From: Eledone cirrhosa | Lineage: Eukaryota | Assembly: GCA_964016885.1 (NCBI GenBank) | Contig: OZ024743.1 | Span: forward strand, 242,668,001-242,732,000 | Reading direction: 5' to 3' | DNA: 64,000 nt | In this document: positions 12,906 through 25,604 of the stretch, piece after piece | Position numbering within the stretch: the first letter of the stretch is position 1 | Layout of the letters: each line of letters begins with the position of its first letter | Notes under the pieces: generated by a model | Seen by the model: only the letters and a program-made list of their open reading frames with translations | The model's database searches: none | What the model was told of the DNA's origin: nothing | Program-made: the position numbers and the translations under genes

Positions 12906-13336
12906 CCGCTCCGTTGTCCCGGCGGACAGAATACAGATATCTGCCCATACTTGAAACTTCCCTGATGCTTGAAATGAAAGCAAAGGATATCTTTTTTCTT
13001 TTTTTCTTTTTCTTTTTTTTTTTTTTGCTCTTATTTGCTTTGTTGGAATTTTTTGCAAATACAGTTTGTGTATGGTGTAGAGCAAGATACATTTGGTTAT
13101 GTGATGTTGAGTTCCATGTCCTTTGAGTGAGTTTAAAGTTCCTGTCGGAATGATGTAGGCGTTTTTTATGGTATACATGCTGATTTGCGGATGAGAGCTG
13201 CCTGTTTGTCCAGCACATACACATAGACTGAGTGGAACTAAGGTTGTCTTTGTGAGATATACGAGGGAAAGTGATTTGAAATTGGCTATACATGAAATCC
13301 ATCCATCTATACGTACATACATACATGCATACATAT

Positions 13337-13935
13337 ATGGTGGCTGTCAACTCGTTTTCGAGTACGGCCACTACTTTATATCCATGTAGGAGAACCCCTA
13401 CCGATGCGCTGAACGAGTGTGACTTTTTAGTCCAGCCAGCGACTTGAAAACTCTGGTACAAACACTACACTTGTGACAATTATTGACACAGTGCTGGGCC
13501 CATGGTACCATGTGACGACAAGTGCAGAGAGATCTCCAAATATAAAGCAATACCGTGAAGCTTTTATAGTGAGCAAAGTCAATGCACAAAGCCAGTCCCA
13601 CTCTCTTAACCAAGATGATATTTACCAAAAAGAAGAACAAGTCAACATCATTGGATACCATCAGGGTTGCAGGTGTTATATCAGAGTTTTCCTTCTCCTA
13701 GAATTCTGCCTTGACAAAGGCTAAGGAGTCATCTCTCCCGGTGATTTTGGATGGCCATTGACTCTTAAGAGCTCCTTTGCCCTTACAGGTTTTGTTTTTA
13801 GTCCTGCAGGATGTCCAAAGTCACCCTCCTCACCAAGAAACCTTGGTGGAGTTGCCAGTTTAGTCGCCAACGACCCGACCATGAGACAGGTTGTACTGGG
13901 ATACATGTTACCAGTAGCACCAACTGGTGACCTGA
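13337..13935 (-). mobile_element. Non-autonomous RTE derivative (~600 bp; 5' leader fused to a zinc-finger-bearing 3' end), (TATG)n tail
   Basis: Near-identical to 48710-49301. Its leader is homologous to the 5' end of the RTE at 48460-48655. It carries the RTE UTR motif CTAGGAGAAGGAAAACTCTG and the peptide CSVCTRVFKSLAGLKSHTRSAH. Confidence 0.85.
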
Positions 13936-13982
13936 CATACATACATACATACATACATACATACATACATACATACATACAT

Positions 13983-14017
<35 letters not shown>

Positions 14018-14029
14018 ATACATACATAC

Positions 14030-14557
14030 ATGATGGCTGCCCCCTCGTTATCGAGTATGGCCATTGCACGATATACCATTATTAATAATTATTAATTAAT
14101 TCTATCGTGCAATGCCTGTGCGTGAAGATATTTTTTTAAAGTGAGGAAAGACTGTGCACTGAGCCAATCCCACTCTCTGAGTGACAGTAGCTATAACCCG
14201 AAAAGAAGAAAACATCAACATCATCGGTAACTACTGAGCCGCAGGTTTTATATCGGAGTTATCCCAGTTTCCTGAGTTGCCTTCTCCTAGAAGAATGCCC
14301 TGACAATGGCTAGGGGTCCTTCACTCCCAGTGGTTTAACCGCGCGGTACATGTGTATATATATATTTACAAACTTTCGGATGGCCGGTGACTCTTATGAG
14401 TTCTTCCGCCCTTTGTCATGTTTTGTTTTTTGTCCTGCAGGGTGTCCAAAATCACCCGCTTTACCAAGTAAACTTGGTGGGATTGCCGGTTTAGTCGCCG
14501 ACGACCCGACCATGCGACAGGTTGTATTGGGTTACATGTTACCATTAGCACTCAAGA
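14030..14557 (-). mobile_element. Second, diverged non-autonomous RTE derivative
   Basis: Same leader (GGTAACATGTA...GTCGTCGGCGACTAAACCGG) with a different 3' end; flanked by (CATA)n. Confidence 0.8.
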
Positions 14558-14592
14558 TACATACATACATACATACATACATACATACATAC

Positions 14593-14733
14593 ATGGTGGC
14601 TGCCAACTCGTTTTCGAGTACGGCCACTACTTTATATCCATGTAGGAGAACCCCTACCGATGCGCTGAACGAGTGTGACTTTTTAGTCCAGACAGTGATT
14701 TGAAAACTCTGGTACAAACACTACACTTGTGAC
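14593..14733 (-). mobile_element. 5'-truncated copy of the 13337 element
   Basis: Matches 13337-13477; (CATA)n on both sides. Confidence 0.85.
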
Positions 14734-14804
14734 ACATACATACATACATACATACATACATACATACATACATACATACATACATACATACATACATACA
14801 TACA

Positions 14805-14835
<31 letters not shown>

Positions 14836-14837
<2 letters not shown>

Positions 14838-15725
14838 GTTGATTGCCATTTCTTGTCAGAAGAGTGCTATCCCTTCGTTGAACATTGCACGATCATGTGC
14901 ACTCTGGTGACTTTTCAGACCAGCTTTTGTTTTGAAAGCACGTTCACAGATGTGACACTTGAACTGTCAGTCTCCTGGTAATACCGGCTGGTGTGTGTCT
15001 ATATTGATTCTACCATGTCTAGTCAGTCCACCAACTGAGTTTACAAATTAAGCCACATTCATTGCAAATGCACCGCGGAGGGCATAGCGATAGAATGATC
15101 TCCCAAGTGGCTTCATTTCTCACTGGCTCGTGTGACTTCAAATGGTTGACAAATCCAGCTCTTTATAGAAGAAATGCTCCACATACATTGCACCTCAATT
15201 CCTGATGGATTTTTGCAGGTCCACTCGCTTTTTCTTTTTTTTTTTCAAAGACATCACATTCACGCTTGATTATCATTCTTCGTGATGTACGGCTTTCAGC
15301 CAGTTTCTCCTAGCTATCCATATCAATCTTCAGAGCTTTAAGATTGTCTTTTATGACATCCCTAAAATGCTTCTTTGGTTCGTGCTGTGGCCTTTTTCCT
15401 CTGGTCAGTTCCCCATAAAATAATTGTTTAGGCAGCCTTCTATCTTCCATCCTGACAACATGACCAGCCCAACGCATCTGGTTCATAATAATCCTTCTGT
15501 CAATACTGGTGCTGCCGCTTTCTCAAGTACAGCAGCATCAGGTATGTATTGCTTTCATATTTTGATGGAGCTTTTTGAATATTCCAACAAATTGAGGAGG
15601 GCATCAAAGTTTCCTCAATATGACCTACAACACACCTCGATTAACAGTATCGAAAGCCATTGTAAGTTCCACAAATACTTGGTACAGTGGCACTTGCTGC
15701 TCAACATAATTCTCCATAAGCTGAG
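14836..15725 (-). mobile_element. RTE 3' fragment with three C2H2-like fingers
   Basis: RCVGLVMLSG / QLFYGELTRGKRPQHEPKKHFRDVIK region, then CNVCGAFLL*RAGFVNHLKSH, CNECGLICK/SVGGLTRH and CHICERAFKTKAGLKSHQSAH, then a (TATG)n tail. Confidence 0.8.
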
Positions 15726-15734
15726 AAAATCATG

Positions 15735-16400
15735 TTCTTAGTGTTTAACGACCTTAAAACACTCAGGTAGAAAAACATTCGCACGGCTCCTATGACAGAA
15801 TTGATGGCGCTTTTTCTTGCAGTCATCGATATAAAACACCATCCGTTTCCTGCATCGAGATATTTGAGTTCAAAATAAAAACGGTGTTCTTGTATAGAGA
15901 TTGTCAACGTTCTGTTTAACAGTCGGGTGTTGGTTAATTTGATTCAAGGTACGAATGCCGAAATCTGATAGTGCATTAAGTAGGCTTGATTTTGATATTG
16001 ACTCCATGGCTGATTTTTTCGAACAATGTGACAGGAGTCGGTGCCTCAGCTGAACGCATCCATTGTTGACCCGTGAGACGAGTGATGCGGTACGAGCATC
16101 TGATTAATCTTTCATTAGTTAGTTGGCTATGTTCTCACCAGCGGACGCCACACCTGAAGATAAGTTGTAGTAGTTCGCTGACTGAACTTTGTTATGCCGA
16201 CCGTTGACCAAGGAGGTTCTTCCGCTCCACATCAGATGAGATACGCCGTTGATTCTGACTTGAATTCATCCAGCGTATGTCACCATCCACTACGCTGCAA
16301 ACAGATGGATTCGCTGTAACCCTGACAGTGTGGCTCTCGGAAGCAAGCTTTGCCAAAAGGCTACTAGTTGTTTGGACAGGAGTTGGGGTTATTTATTTCA
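15735..16400 (-). mobile_element. RTE-X-like LINE 5' region (AP-endonuclease N-terminus), decayed
   Basis: IRTLNQINQ...ISIQEHRFY.ELKYLDAGNGW motif of APE-type LINEs. Confidence 0.65.
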
Positions 16401-16604
16401 ATATTCGCAGCTAATATCAGCAAGGCCATTCCCTTGTCCGTCACCTGTCCTTCTTAATTACTGTCATTGTCCAGAGAATATTTCCAATATTATATCACTT
16501 ATCCGATTGTGTTATGAGGCAGTTAATGATGGCATAAATTTCACTGGAAAATTACGATCGCGTTTTCATATAAGTAGCATAATATATATATATATATATA
16601 TATA

Positions 16605-17666
16605 CAAATATACCCATCTTTCTACCTTATTTCAGTATATTATATTATACAATTTACTCACTCTATGTCGTTGTGATCCCCTATCTTTCTTCTTTTTATA
16701 CTTTTTCCTTTCTTCCTTTTCTCTTTTTTAATTTCTAATCTTTAATCTGTAACCTTTACTTCCCAATTACTTCTCAATTCATATTATTACTCACTACAGC
16801 ATTTTCCATTTTCCATTTTTCCTCATATTATTGGCCATAGAAACTATATATTTTTTAATATATAATAATATTACCATTAGAAAATGTTTGTAAACATATA
16901 TACTTTTTGACCTTAGATATTTTTTCTTCCTTAAATTCTCTTTTTTCTTCTCTCCTTCCGTGCTTGTTTTAAACCTACTATTTACTTTTACATATTACAA
17001 TACATAAAAACAAACTTAAACCCTAAATAATTCCTCTAAGTTCATAATTCATTTATTCTTCTCCTTCTTTCACATTATATCCTTAATATCCTTAATATTT
17101 TTATTTTAATAATGCATATTAATAAATTTTCTTTTTTTTTTTTCGCACATATTATTAAACCCTTCAATACATAAACCTAAATTAATACTATTCGTAATTC
17201 CTTTTTCTTCAATCATAAACATCAACATCCATAAACCACATTAACTTTTAATTTCAAAATCTTTTAAAATTATCTATTATCTTCCAACGGTTTTTTAATT
17301 TCTCTCTGTGAAACAATGTTTTTTCAGTTGTAAAGCCTATTTCTCTCGCTCTATCACTCATTTCTCCTCCTCTCTCATTCCTTCCTTCTTATACTCCTCC
17401 CCCACCATCCTTTATGTTCTTTCTTCCTCTTCCTTACCTTTTCCTACCCCCCCCCCCTCCTTATTTTTTCCCAATCTCATATATCCATCTTACTTTATTT
17501 TTTCATATCTTGATTTAAAACTTCACTGCTCACAAGTGTTTTTTAAGCTTCATATCATGTCTCCCTATGTTATCTGATGAAAACGCAGATATCATCCCAT
17601 GATGATATTTGTTTTTGAAATGCGCATAATAAAATACTTGGAACTATTTTAAGCATCTTTTGATCT

Positions 17667-17670
<4 letters not shown>
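16605..17670 (+). mobile_element. Probable PLE 3' UTR between (TA)n tracts
   Basis: Pyrimidine-rich tract ending in a hammerhead motif, then (TA)n. Confidence 0.5.
17570..17632 (+). ncRNA. Type-I hammerhead ribozyme
   Basis: TTAT-CTGATGA-[aaacg CAGATATCATC ccat GATGATATTTG ttttt]-GAAA-TGCGCA-TA-ATAA: intact core, stem I TTAT/ATAA, palindromic stem III. Confidence 0.8.
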
Positions 17671-17708
<38 letters not shown>

Positions 17709-17713
17709 AACCG

Positions 17714-17949
<236 letters not shown>

Positions 17950-18406
17950 GTAGATAAATCTACCAAAAGTTTACGGTAGTGTCCAATCCGTATGAAGAAC
18001 TCAATGTAATCCGGATATCATGGAAAGAAGAGATGCATTCAAAAATCACTTTCGGTGAAAGATAAACGGAATACAGAGTCAAGATAAAACATTAAAAACA
18101 TAATGAATAAAACAATGAAACAGTTCCTTATATTAAACAAAAAAAGTTCATTATTTAACGATCGTTTCTAGGACATATATGTGTTAGAATTGGCATGCAT
18201 ATTCAAAAGATCAAAGAGAATATACATACCAACACATATGTGTTGGTATGTATATTCTCTTTGATAGTTTGTATAATTTTGTACATAGATCTTTTGAATA
18301 TGCATGCCAATTCTAACACATATATGTCCTAGAAACGATCGTTAAATAATGAACTTTTTTTGTTTAATATAAGGAACTGTTTCATTGTGTTATTCATTAT
18401 TTTTTT

Positions 18407-18416
<10 letters not shown>
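17950..18416. repeat. Fold-back inverted repeat, PLE-type insert in (TA)n
   Basis: Arms 18084-18212 and 18288-18416, plus a perfect inner palindrome 18210-18265 centred at 18237/18238. Confidence 0.9.
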
Positions 18417-18466
<50 letters not shown>

Positions 18467-19152
18467 GACTAATCCCGGTTTCTTGGGGGGGGGGGGGTTA
18501 AACGGCGATATTTTATTTATAAAATAAACATAACGTCATCGAAATTTCGTCAATTCGAGTTTACTGTTAGATAAAGCCTTTAAGCGCAAAAATTAACTGT
18601 TAATATAGTGAAACAACTTGAAATAACACGTGTTTTTTTAAAGTATAACAGATTTTTAGCGTATCAACATGGCTTCCAAAAGTATCGAATACCGACTTTG
18701 AAGGTTTTACATGCGACGACATTCGAAATGAAAAAGAAACATAAGATAATATTAGTGATTTAAATACCGGGTATGCATTTCTATGGATTTTAATGACGGA
18801 TGGTTCGGTCAGATAGAAAAAAACGTAAACACTACGAAGTTTTAGTAAAAAATTTAAAATCAAGAAATATATGTATAAGAAGGTAGATATATTAAATTAT
18901 TATGTTAAATAATAAAAAATATTAACAAAGTTATTTTTATAAATACCCATCGTTGATTAAGTCTATGAAAAATCATTGGTCAGTCTGATGCCTATCGGAT
19001 AGGTCGCACCCCAAAAATGTATACTTATTTATCGTTAAAAAAGTGCGACCTATACGCGAGTATATACGGTATATACGTACATGTATATTATGTAATTAGT
19101 TTTTTAATTTGTTTTGCGAGATTTATTATCTGAAAGCGTGTGTTGAAACAGA

Positions 19153-20107
19153 TATTGTTATACTTTGGGAGTGTCTTGCTGCCAATAAAATCACATGTAC
19201 ATATTGGTTTTCACTTCAATTTATTATAAATTTCCGGTTGGTTGGTTGGTTCAATAACCGGAAGGTTGGACAAGCTCAAATCAAATATTAAGATAGTTGA
19301 AAGACTAGGTATTACCCCCAAAAATCCCTAATTAGTAAAACATACCCATTTCAAAGATCCCCTTTGCTGATAGGAAATGCATAGTCTGCAAACTAACTGC
19401 AAAACTAGGAACGTAGTATATAGCATAAGATGTACTGAGGGACAGTGTAGGAATAAGAACATAACATACATAGGTGAAACAGCCCGTAGCATAGGAGAAA
19501 GGATAAGTGAGCACTGGCGAGTTCTCCAGGATGGGAAAAACTCATCAGTACTCCTCCAACATGTCAAAATAGAACATAGGGGCACATTAGAGAACATAGA
19601 GATAAAAATTATATCCACACACAGAAAGATGCAATGTCAGACAAATCACAGAGGCGACAAACATAAACGAGCTCCAACCAAAATTAAACAGAAAACATGA
19701 GTGGAATAGCAACATCACAACTAATAATTAAGGACAAAATGAAGACATACAGACACACAAACATCAAACTAACAAAGCAAATCAGACACACACAGATAGA
19801 ACAAACATGTGATAAGTAAATAAACATAAATAAATGAATAAAAACACACACCGATGTAACGCATGCGACAACTAAGCACACAATACACAATAACAAGATG
19901 GTGTAGTACAGAACAAAGGAGAGACACAAAATTAAAACCTAGTCAATGAGGAGGTCACAGAATGTAGGACGAGAGAGCTTTGACAATATATAAACACCCT
20001 TCCGGTTATCGAACCAACCAACCGGAAACTTATAATAAATTGAAGTGAAGACCAACAGGAGCGTGTGTTTTCATTGGCAGTATGTCCCTCCCAAAGTATA
20101 ACAATAT
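19153..20107 (+). mobile_element. Truncated Penelope-like element: GIY-YIG fragment, 3' UTR and inverted terminal copy
   Basis: ORF 19377-19700 NVVYSIRC...YIGETARSIGERISEH (GIY-YIG). 19153-19265 is an inverted copy of 19998-20107. A degenerate hammerhead lies at 19942-19984. Confidence 0.85.
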
Positions 20108-20114
20108 ATATATA

Positions 20115-20283
20115 CCGTATTTCCCGGCGCTGAAGACGCTTCGTCCTCGAAGATGCACCCTAATTTTGACAACCAAAGATTTAAAAATAAATAATAAACA
20201 ATCTTCGGCCTCCAGAACGCATGGTAGAATTTTTAGACCTATTTTGGAAAAAAAAGTAGCGTTTTCGACGCCGGGAAATACGG
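20115..20283. mobile_element. Tc1/mariner-type MITE
   Basis: TIR CCGTATTTCCCGGCG / CGCCGGGAAATACGG with flanking TA duplications. Confidence 0.85.
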
Positions 20284-20294
20284 TATTTATATAT

Positions 20295-20463
20295 TCCCCT
20301 CTTGGACTCAACTCACCTCCCCAATTTCTCTAATACCCCGTCCAATATCGCACCGTTAGATTCCTATCGCTTTCTCTTTGCTCATAGCTTCGTACTTACA
20401 TGCACACACACTCTTTTACTCACATATACACACATATCTCTTCTTAGCTTCGTACGGACCTAT

Positions 20464-20501
<38 letters not shown>

Positions 20502-20516
20502 ACACATACACACACA

Positions 20517-20590
<74 letters not shown>

Positions 20591-20950
20591 CTTACGCACG
20601 TGCTCAAGTATAGCTCTTTTTACAAAACGTTTTTTTTTTCCATTTCAGGTAGACGCGCGCCATCATCCACTTTTCTAAAAAAAATAAATCATACGCAAAA
20701 CGCCAGTACCAATAGTTTTGTAAGAGATGTCAACATGAATGGACATTTTATATTTGTCTAAAGACATTTTTTCCAATTCCATCCCGCCCGTCCCCTTAAT
20801 CTATTTTATTTCTCATTCTTTCTTCTGATGAAGGACTAGCGTCCGAAATGTTAAGACCCTCTTCCTGCTATATCAAGCGTTAACCTAATATATACCTTCC
20901 ATATACTGTACCAATTGTGTTGTTATTTCTGTTTACCTTTTAGACACACA
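20295..20950 (+). mobile_element. PLE 3' fragment
   Basis: PLGLNSPPQFL-stop matches the C-terminus PPGLNSPPLSL-stop of the PLE at 32948; a hammerhead lies downstream. Confidence 0.75.
20821..20856 (+). ncRNA. Minimal type-I hammerhead ribozyme
   Basis: TCTT-CTGATGA-A-GGAC-tagc-GTCC-GAAA-TG-TT-AAGA; stem I TCTT/AAGA; the TG is probably a decayed CG. Confidence 0.75.
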
Positions 20951-21207
20951 CGTATATATATATATACACATGTACATATATAATATATTTATATGTGAGT
21001 GCATGCGCGCGCATGAGTGTGTGTGTGTGGGGGGGAGGGCGTGTCTATGTGTGTGTGTTTATTCATTTGTAAGTATAAACACGGAGTTCCAAGTACAAAA
21101 CTATAAAGTTTCACAGACGAAATATTTAATATATAAATGGTTTCTCAGACCTTAGAATGTTTTGGTTGAATTAACAACTACATCAGTGAGGCGAAATAAC
21201 ATTTATG

Positions 21208-21792
21208 AAAAGAATAGAGGTGGAACACACAAGTTATTATATATTGGTAAACGGAATAGAAAATGCTGACAAATTGTTCACAGTGAAAAATAGTTTAATT
21301 AAGAATAAGTGAGAATTAGTAATTGTATTGGTTAGTATTCAGTTTTGATTTTAAGTTTTACCGGTTGCGCATTTCTAATGGTTTTCAAAAATAATTTTGA
21401 GATAGACCGTCCGTGATGTTTGCTCTGATCTGATTAGTTTTGGGAATTCTACCTGTTTTTATGTTAAACAAGTGGCTCCAGCGGTATTAAAATAAGTTTT
21501 GCGCCAATTCGTGTTGCAAAAATTCTTGTGGTCAAAACAATTTTGATTGGTCGGTAGAGGTCATGTGAATGCAAAATATTGATTTTGCGCCAAATGTAGG
21601 TTTGTGTCGGCTGACTGAGAAATGATTCTTTCACAACAAATATGTGTGTGTGTGTGTGTGTGTGTGTGTAGTGGTAGTAAAGTGTTCGTTGTTGTGATAA
21701 TGGTCAGCAGGGATGTGTGTACGAACCGCAGCCTGTTGACAGTTCAAATGCCTATTAAGACAAGTGTGTGTGTGTGTGTTTTTGTTGTGTGT

Positions 21793-21864
<72 letters not shown>

Positions 21865-21991
21865 CAGAGTAATTCGTGGTAGAGGGATGGTCAGTAGGAA
21901 TGTGTCTGTAAGTGAGTGGGGGATATTTTAACATGTTAAAAGATATTTTTCAGCTCTTGTCTTATACGGAGAAGTGTGTGTGTGTGTGTGT

Positions 21992-22070
<79 letters not shown>

Positions 22071-23782
22071 GGTCTCTTTGTATGTTAATGTACGCGTGTG
22101 TATGTGTGTATATATGTGTGTGTGTGAGAATGTGTGTGTGTGTGGACCAGTATTTTTTTCCCTGGTAAAATGGTGTACATTACTCGATATTTTCAGTAAA
22201 ATCGATTCTCTCAATAGAACATCAAAAACCTTAATAATAAAAGGTGTGAAATGATATATAGTATTGGCATAATACCAAGGTGTGTGTGAGTGTGTGTCCA
22301 TCAGTGTGCAATGCATGTGTGCGTTTATGTATGTGTGTGTGTCGGCACGTTTATATCTATAGACATCAAAAGGTATGCAAATTTGTGTATATTTGTGTTG
22401 CACCATAGAACATGTGTGTTTACGTATGTCATTGTGTTTATATGTGGGTAGAGATGTGTGCTGATGTAGGTATATATGTTGACGTTTGTATGTTGTGGGT
22501 TCGTCTTAGGGAGAAGTGTTTACACGGGGTCCGTATTTGTTAATAAAGTAAGTTTCCTTGCTGATGCGCTGGGTGTGGGTGGTATTATCTTTAAATTTGT
22601 AGAGGGGAAAGATTCTGAAGTTGGGATGATTTTGGGCGGCACAGGTATCAATGTGTTCACTCAGTGGTATTTTCCTGTATTCCCGTATTTTAATTTGGGA
22701 TCTATGGACAGTCATGCGTTGGCGGAGGCTGTTTTTGGTCTGGCCTATATATTGTTCTCGACAACCTGAGCAAGTTAATACATATATTAGATTTTCCGAT
22801 GCACATGTGAAATTGTGTTTTACTATAAAACGTTGTCCTTCTTTGAAATAGAATTCCGAACCCTCTATTAGGTTGATGCAAATGCCACAGTTGGGTCTAT
22901 CGCATTTTTTTGCTGTGGGTTTCGTTGTTATGGTTGGCAGTACTTTGGCATGTGTTAGGATGTTTTTCATTGACTTAGATTGTCTTTTGCTCTTTATGAT
23001 ATCGTGTGTTCGTAGGATTTGGTTCATTCTATGGTCCTTTTTCAACGCAGGGATGTTCTGGAGGATGGTGTCAAAGGCCTCATTGTTGACGGGGTTGTGT
23101 GTGGAGATGTATGGAAGAGCTTTTAGTTTCGGTTGATTTACTTTAGGGTGTCTAAGGTCCTAGGTACTGAGTTTTAGGGTACGTTGGATTCCATTGTCAA
23201 TTAGTGATGCAGGGTAGTCCCTGCCTATGAGTGTGTCCGTTAGTTCTTGTAGCCGTAAGTAGCAGGTGTTTTTATTGGAGACTATAGTACAGATTCTCTT
23301 GGCTAAGTTGTAGGGAATATTAATTTTAACGTGTCTAGGGTGGCAAGAGTTGAAAGAAAGATATTGCTTGGAGTCTGTGGGCTTGTAGTATATGTCTGTT
23401 TCTATTTTTTTGTTATGGATCTTAATGAGGATGTCGAGGAAGGGGGGTTGTTGATGGCTGTATTCCATCGTGAAGTTAATATTCGTGTTGAGCCCATTTA
23501 TAAGGGTGTGAAATTCTTTAAGTTTATCGATGTTTTCGTGCCAAAGGATGAAGCAGTCATCTAGATATCGCTTCCAGTTCCTTTCTATGTGTAAGTGGAG
23601 AGTGTTTCCAAATTTGTTTAGGACTTTAGTGTAGAGGGTGATTTCCAGGTATCCCATAACTAGGTTGGCATAAGTGGGGGCTGTTTTCGTTCCCAAAGCG
23701 GTCCCAGATTTCTGCCTGTAGGCTTTGTTATTGAAAACGAAGTAATTGTTCTCCAAGATAAATTTGAGTCCCTCTATCACGA
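21208..23782 (-). mobile_element. 5'-truncated Penelope-like retroelement (RT plus GIY-YIG, one frameshift)
   Basis: ORF 23160-23780 has QKSGTALGTKTAPTYANL, RYLDDCF and YYKPTD. ORF 22506-23045 has the CDRPNCGIC linker and LIYVLTC...YIGQT. A ~1.3-kb 3' UTR follows. Confidence 0.95.
21356..21391 (-). ncRNA. Variant-core hammerhead-like motif (U3/A8, C13)
   Basis: Minus strand TTT-TTGAAAA-cCATT-aga-AATGC-GCAA-CCGG-TA-AAA. Confidence 0.55.
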
Positions 23783-23844
23783 ATTCTTTTTTGATGCGTC
23801 ACACACACATACATAAACGCACACATGCATTGCACACTGATGGG

Positions 23845-24255
23845 CACATACATTTTTGTGCACAGGTATTCCAATACGGCAAAGCCTAATGAATTCCCCT
23901 TGCAGTACGTACAATCTGGACACACTCCAGATACATATTTGTACACAGGTATACAATTTCTGGACACATTCCAGATACATGTGTACAGTTTGTGCACAGG
24001 TATACAATTTCTGGACACACTCCAGATACATATTTGTGCCCAGGTATTCCAATACGGCACGGCCTTACAATCTGGACACACTCCAGATACATATTTGTGC
24101 ACAGGTATACAATTTCTGGACACACTCCAGATACATGTGTACAATTTGTGCACAAGTATACAATTTCTGGACATACTCCAGATAGATATTTGTGCACAGG
24201 TATTCCAATACGGCAAGGCCTAAGGGATCCCCCTTTCAGTACGTACAATCTGGAC
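23845..24255. repeat. Array of ~41-bp hairpin-containing units (TACAATTTCTGGACACACTCCAGATACATATTTGTGCACAGG)
   Basis: Direct reading; absent from the homologous position (~22297) of the other arm. Confidence 0.85.
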
Positions 24256-24500
24256 ACACAAACACACTCACACACACCTTGGTATTATGCCAATACTATA
24301 TATCATTTCACACCTTTTATTATTAAGGTTTTTGATGTTCTATTGGGAGAATCGATTTTACTGAAAATATCGAATAATGTACACCATTTTACCAGGGAAA
24401 AAAATACTGGTCCACCCACACACACACACACACATTCTCACACACACACACACATATATACACACACATACACACGCGTACATTAACATACAAAGAGACC

Positions 24501-24549
<49 letters not shown>

Positions 24550-24791
24550 CTCCGTATAAGACAAGAGCTGAAAAATATCTTTTAACATGTTAAAATATCC
24601 CCCACTCACTTACAGTCACATTCCTACTGACCATCCCTCTACCATCAATTACTCTGCTACACACACACACACACACACACACTTCTCCGTATAAGACAAG
24701 AGCTGAAAAATATCTTTTAACATGTTAAAATATCCCCCACTCACTTACAGTCACATTCCTACTGACCATCCCTCTACCATGAATTACTCTG

Positions 24792-24861
<70 letters not shown>

Positions 24862-24972
24862 TTCTCCGTATAAGACAAGAGCTGAAAAATATCTTTTAAC
24901 ATGTTAAAATATCCCCCACTCACTTACAGACACATTCCTACTGACCAGCCCTCTACCTCGAATTACTCTGCT

Positions 24973-25003
<31 letters not shown>

Positions 25004-25370
25004 TCTTAATAGGCATTTGAGCTGTCAACAGGCTGTGGTTCGCACACACATCCCTGCTGACCATTATCACAACAACGAACACTTTACTACTACTACACAC
25101 ACACACACACACACACACATATTTGTTGTGAAAGAATCATTTCTCAGTCAGCCGACACAAACCTACATTTGGCGCAAAATCAATATTTTACATTCACATG
25201 ACCTCTACCGACCAATCAAAATGGTTTTGACCACAAGAATTTTTGCAACACGAAATAGCGCAAAACTTATTTTAATACCGCTGGAGCCACTTGTTTAAAA
25301 TAAAAACAGGTAGAATTCCCAAAACTAATCAGATCAGAGCAAACATCACGGACGCTCTATCTCAAAATTA

Positions 25371-25406
25371 TTTTTGAAAAGCATTAGAAATGCACAACCG
25401 GTAAAA
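25371..25406 (+). ncRNA. Variant-core hammerhead-like motif, with G12 lost
   Basis: TTT-TTGAAAA-GCATT-aga-AATGC-aCAA-CCGG-TA-AAA. Confidence 0.45.
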
Positions 25407-25514
25407 CTTAAAACCAAAACTGAATACTAACCAATACAATTATTAATTCTCACTTATTCCTAATTAAACTATTTTTCACTGTGAACAATTTGTCAGCATT
25501 TTCTATTCCGTTTA

Positions 25515-25600
<86 letters not shown>

Positions 25601-25604
<4 letters not shown>

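Larger units (their letters stand above)
23799..25520 (+). mobile_element. Inverted copy of the PLE 3' UTR (reverse complement of ~21241-22341) with an insertion and an internal triplication
   Basis: Colinear inverted match. The ~115-bp unit CTTCTCCGTATAAG...CTCTGCTAC occurs three times (near 24547, 24682 and 24861). Confidence 0.92.

Noticed and set aside
13398-13661. Host C2H2 zinc-finger gene
   Set aside because: The finger is the C-terminal remnant of an RTE within a multicopy non-autonomous element.
23845-24255. CRISPR-like palindromic repeats
   Set aside because: There are no unique spacers and no cas genes, and the context is eukaryotic.
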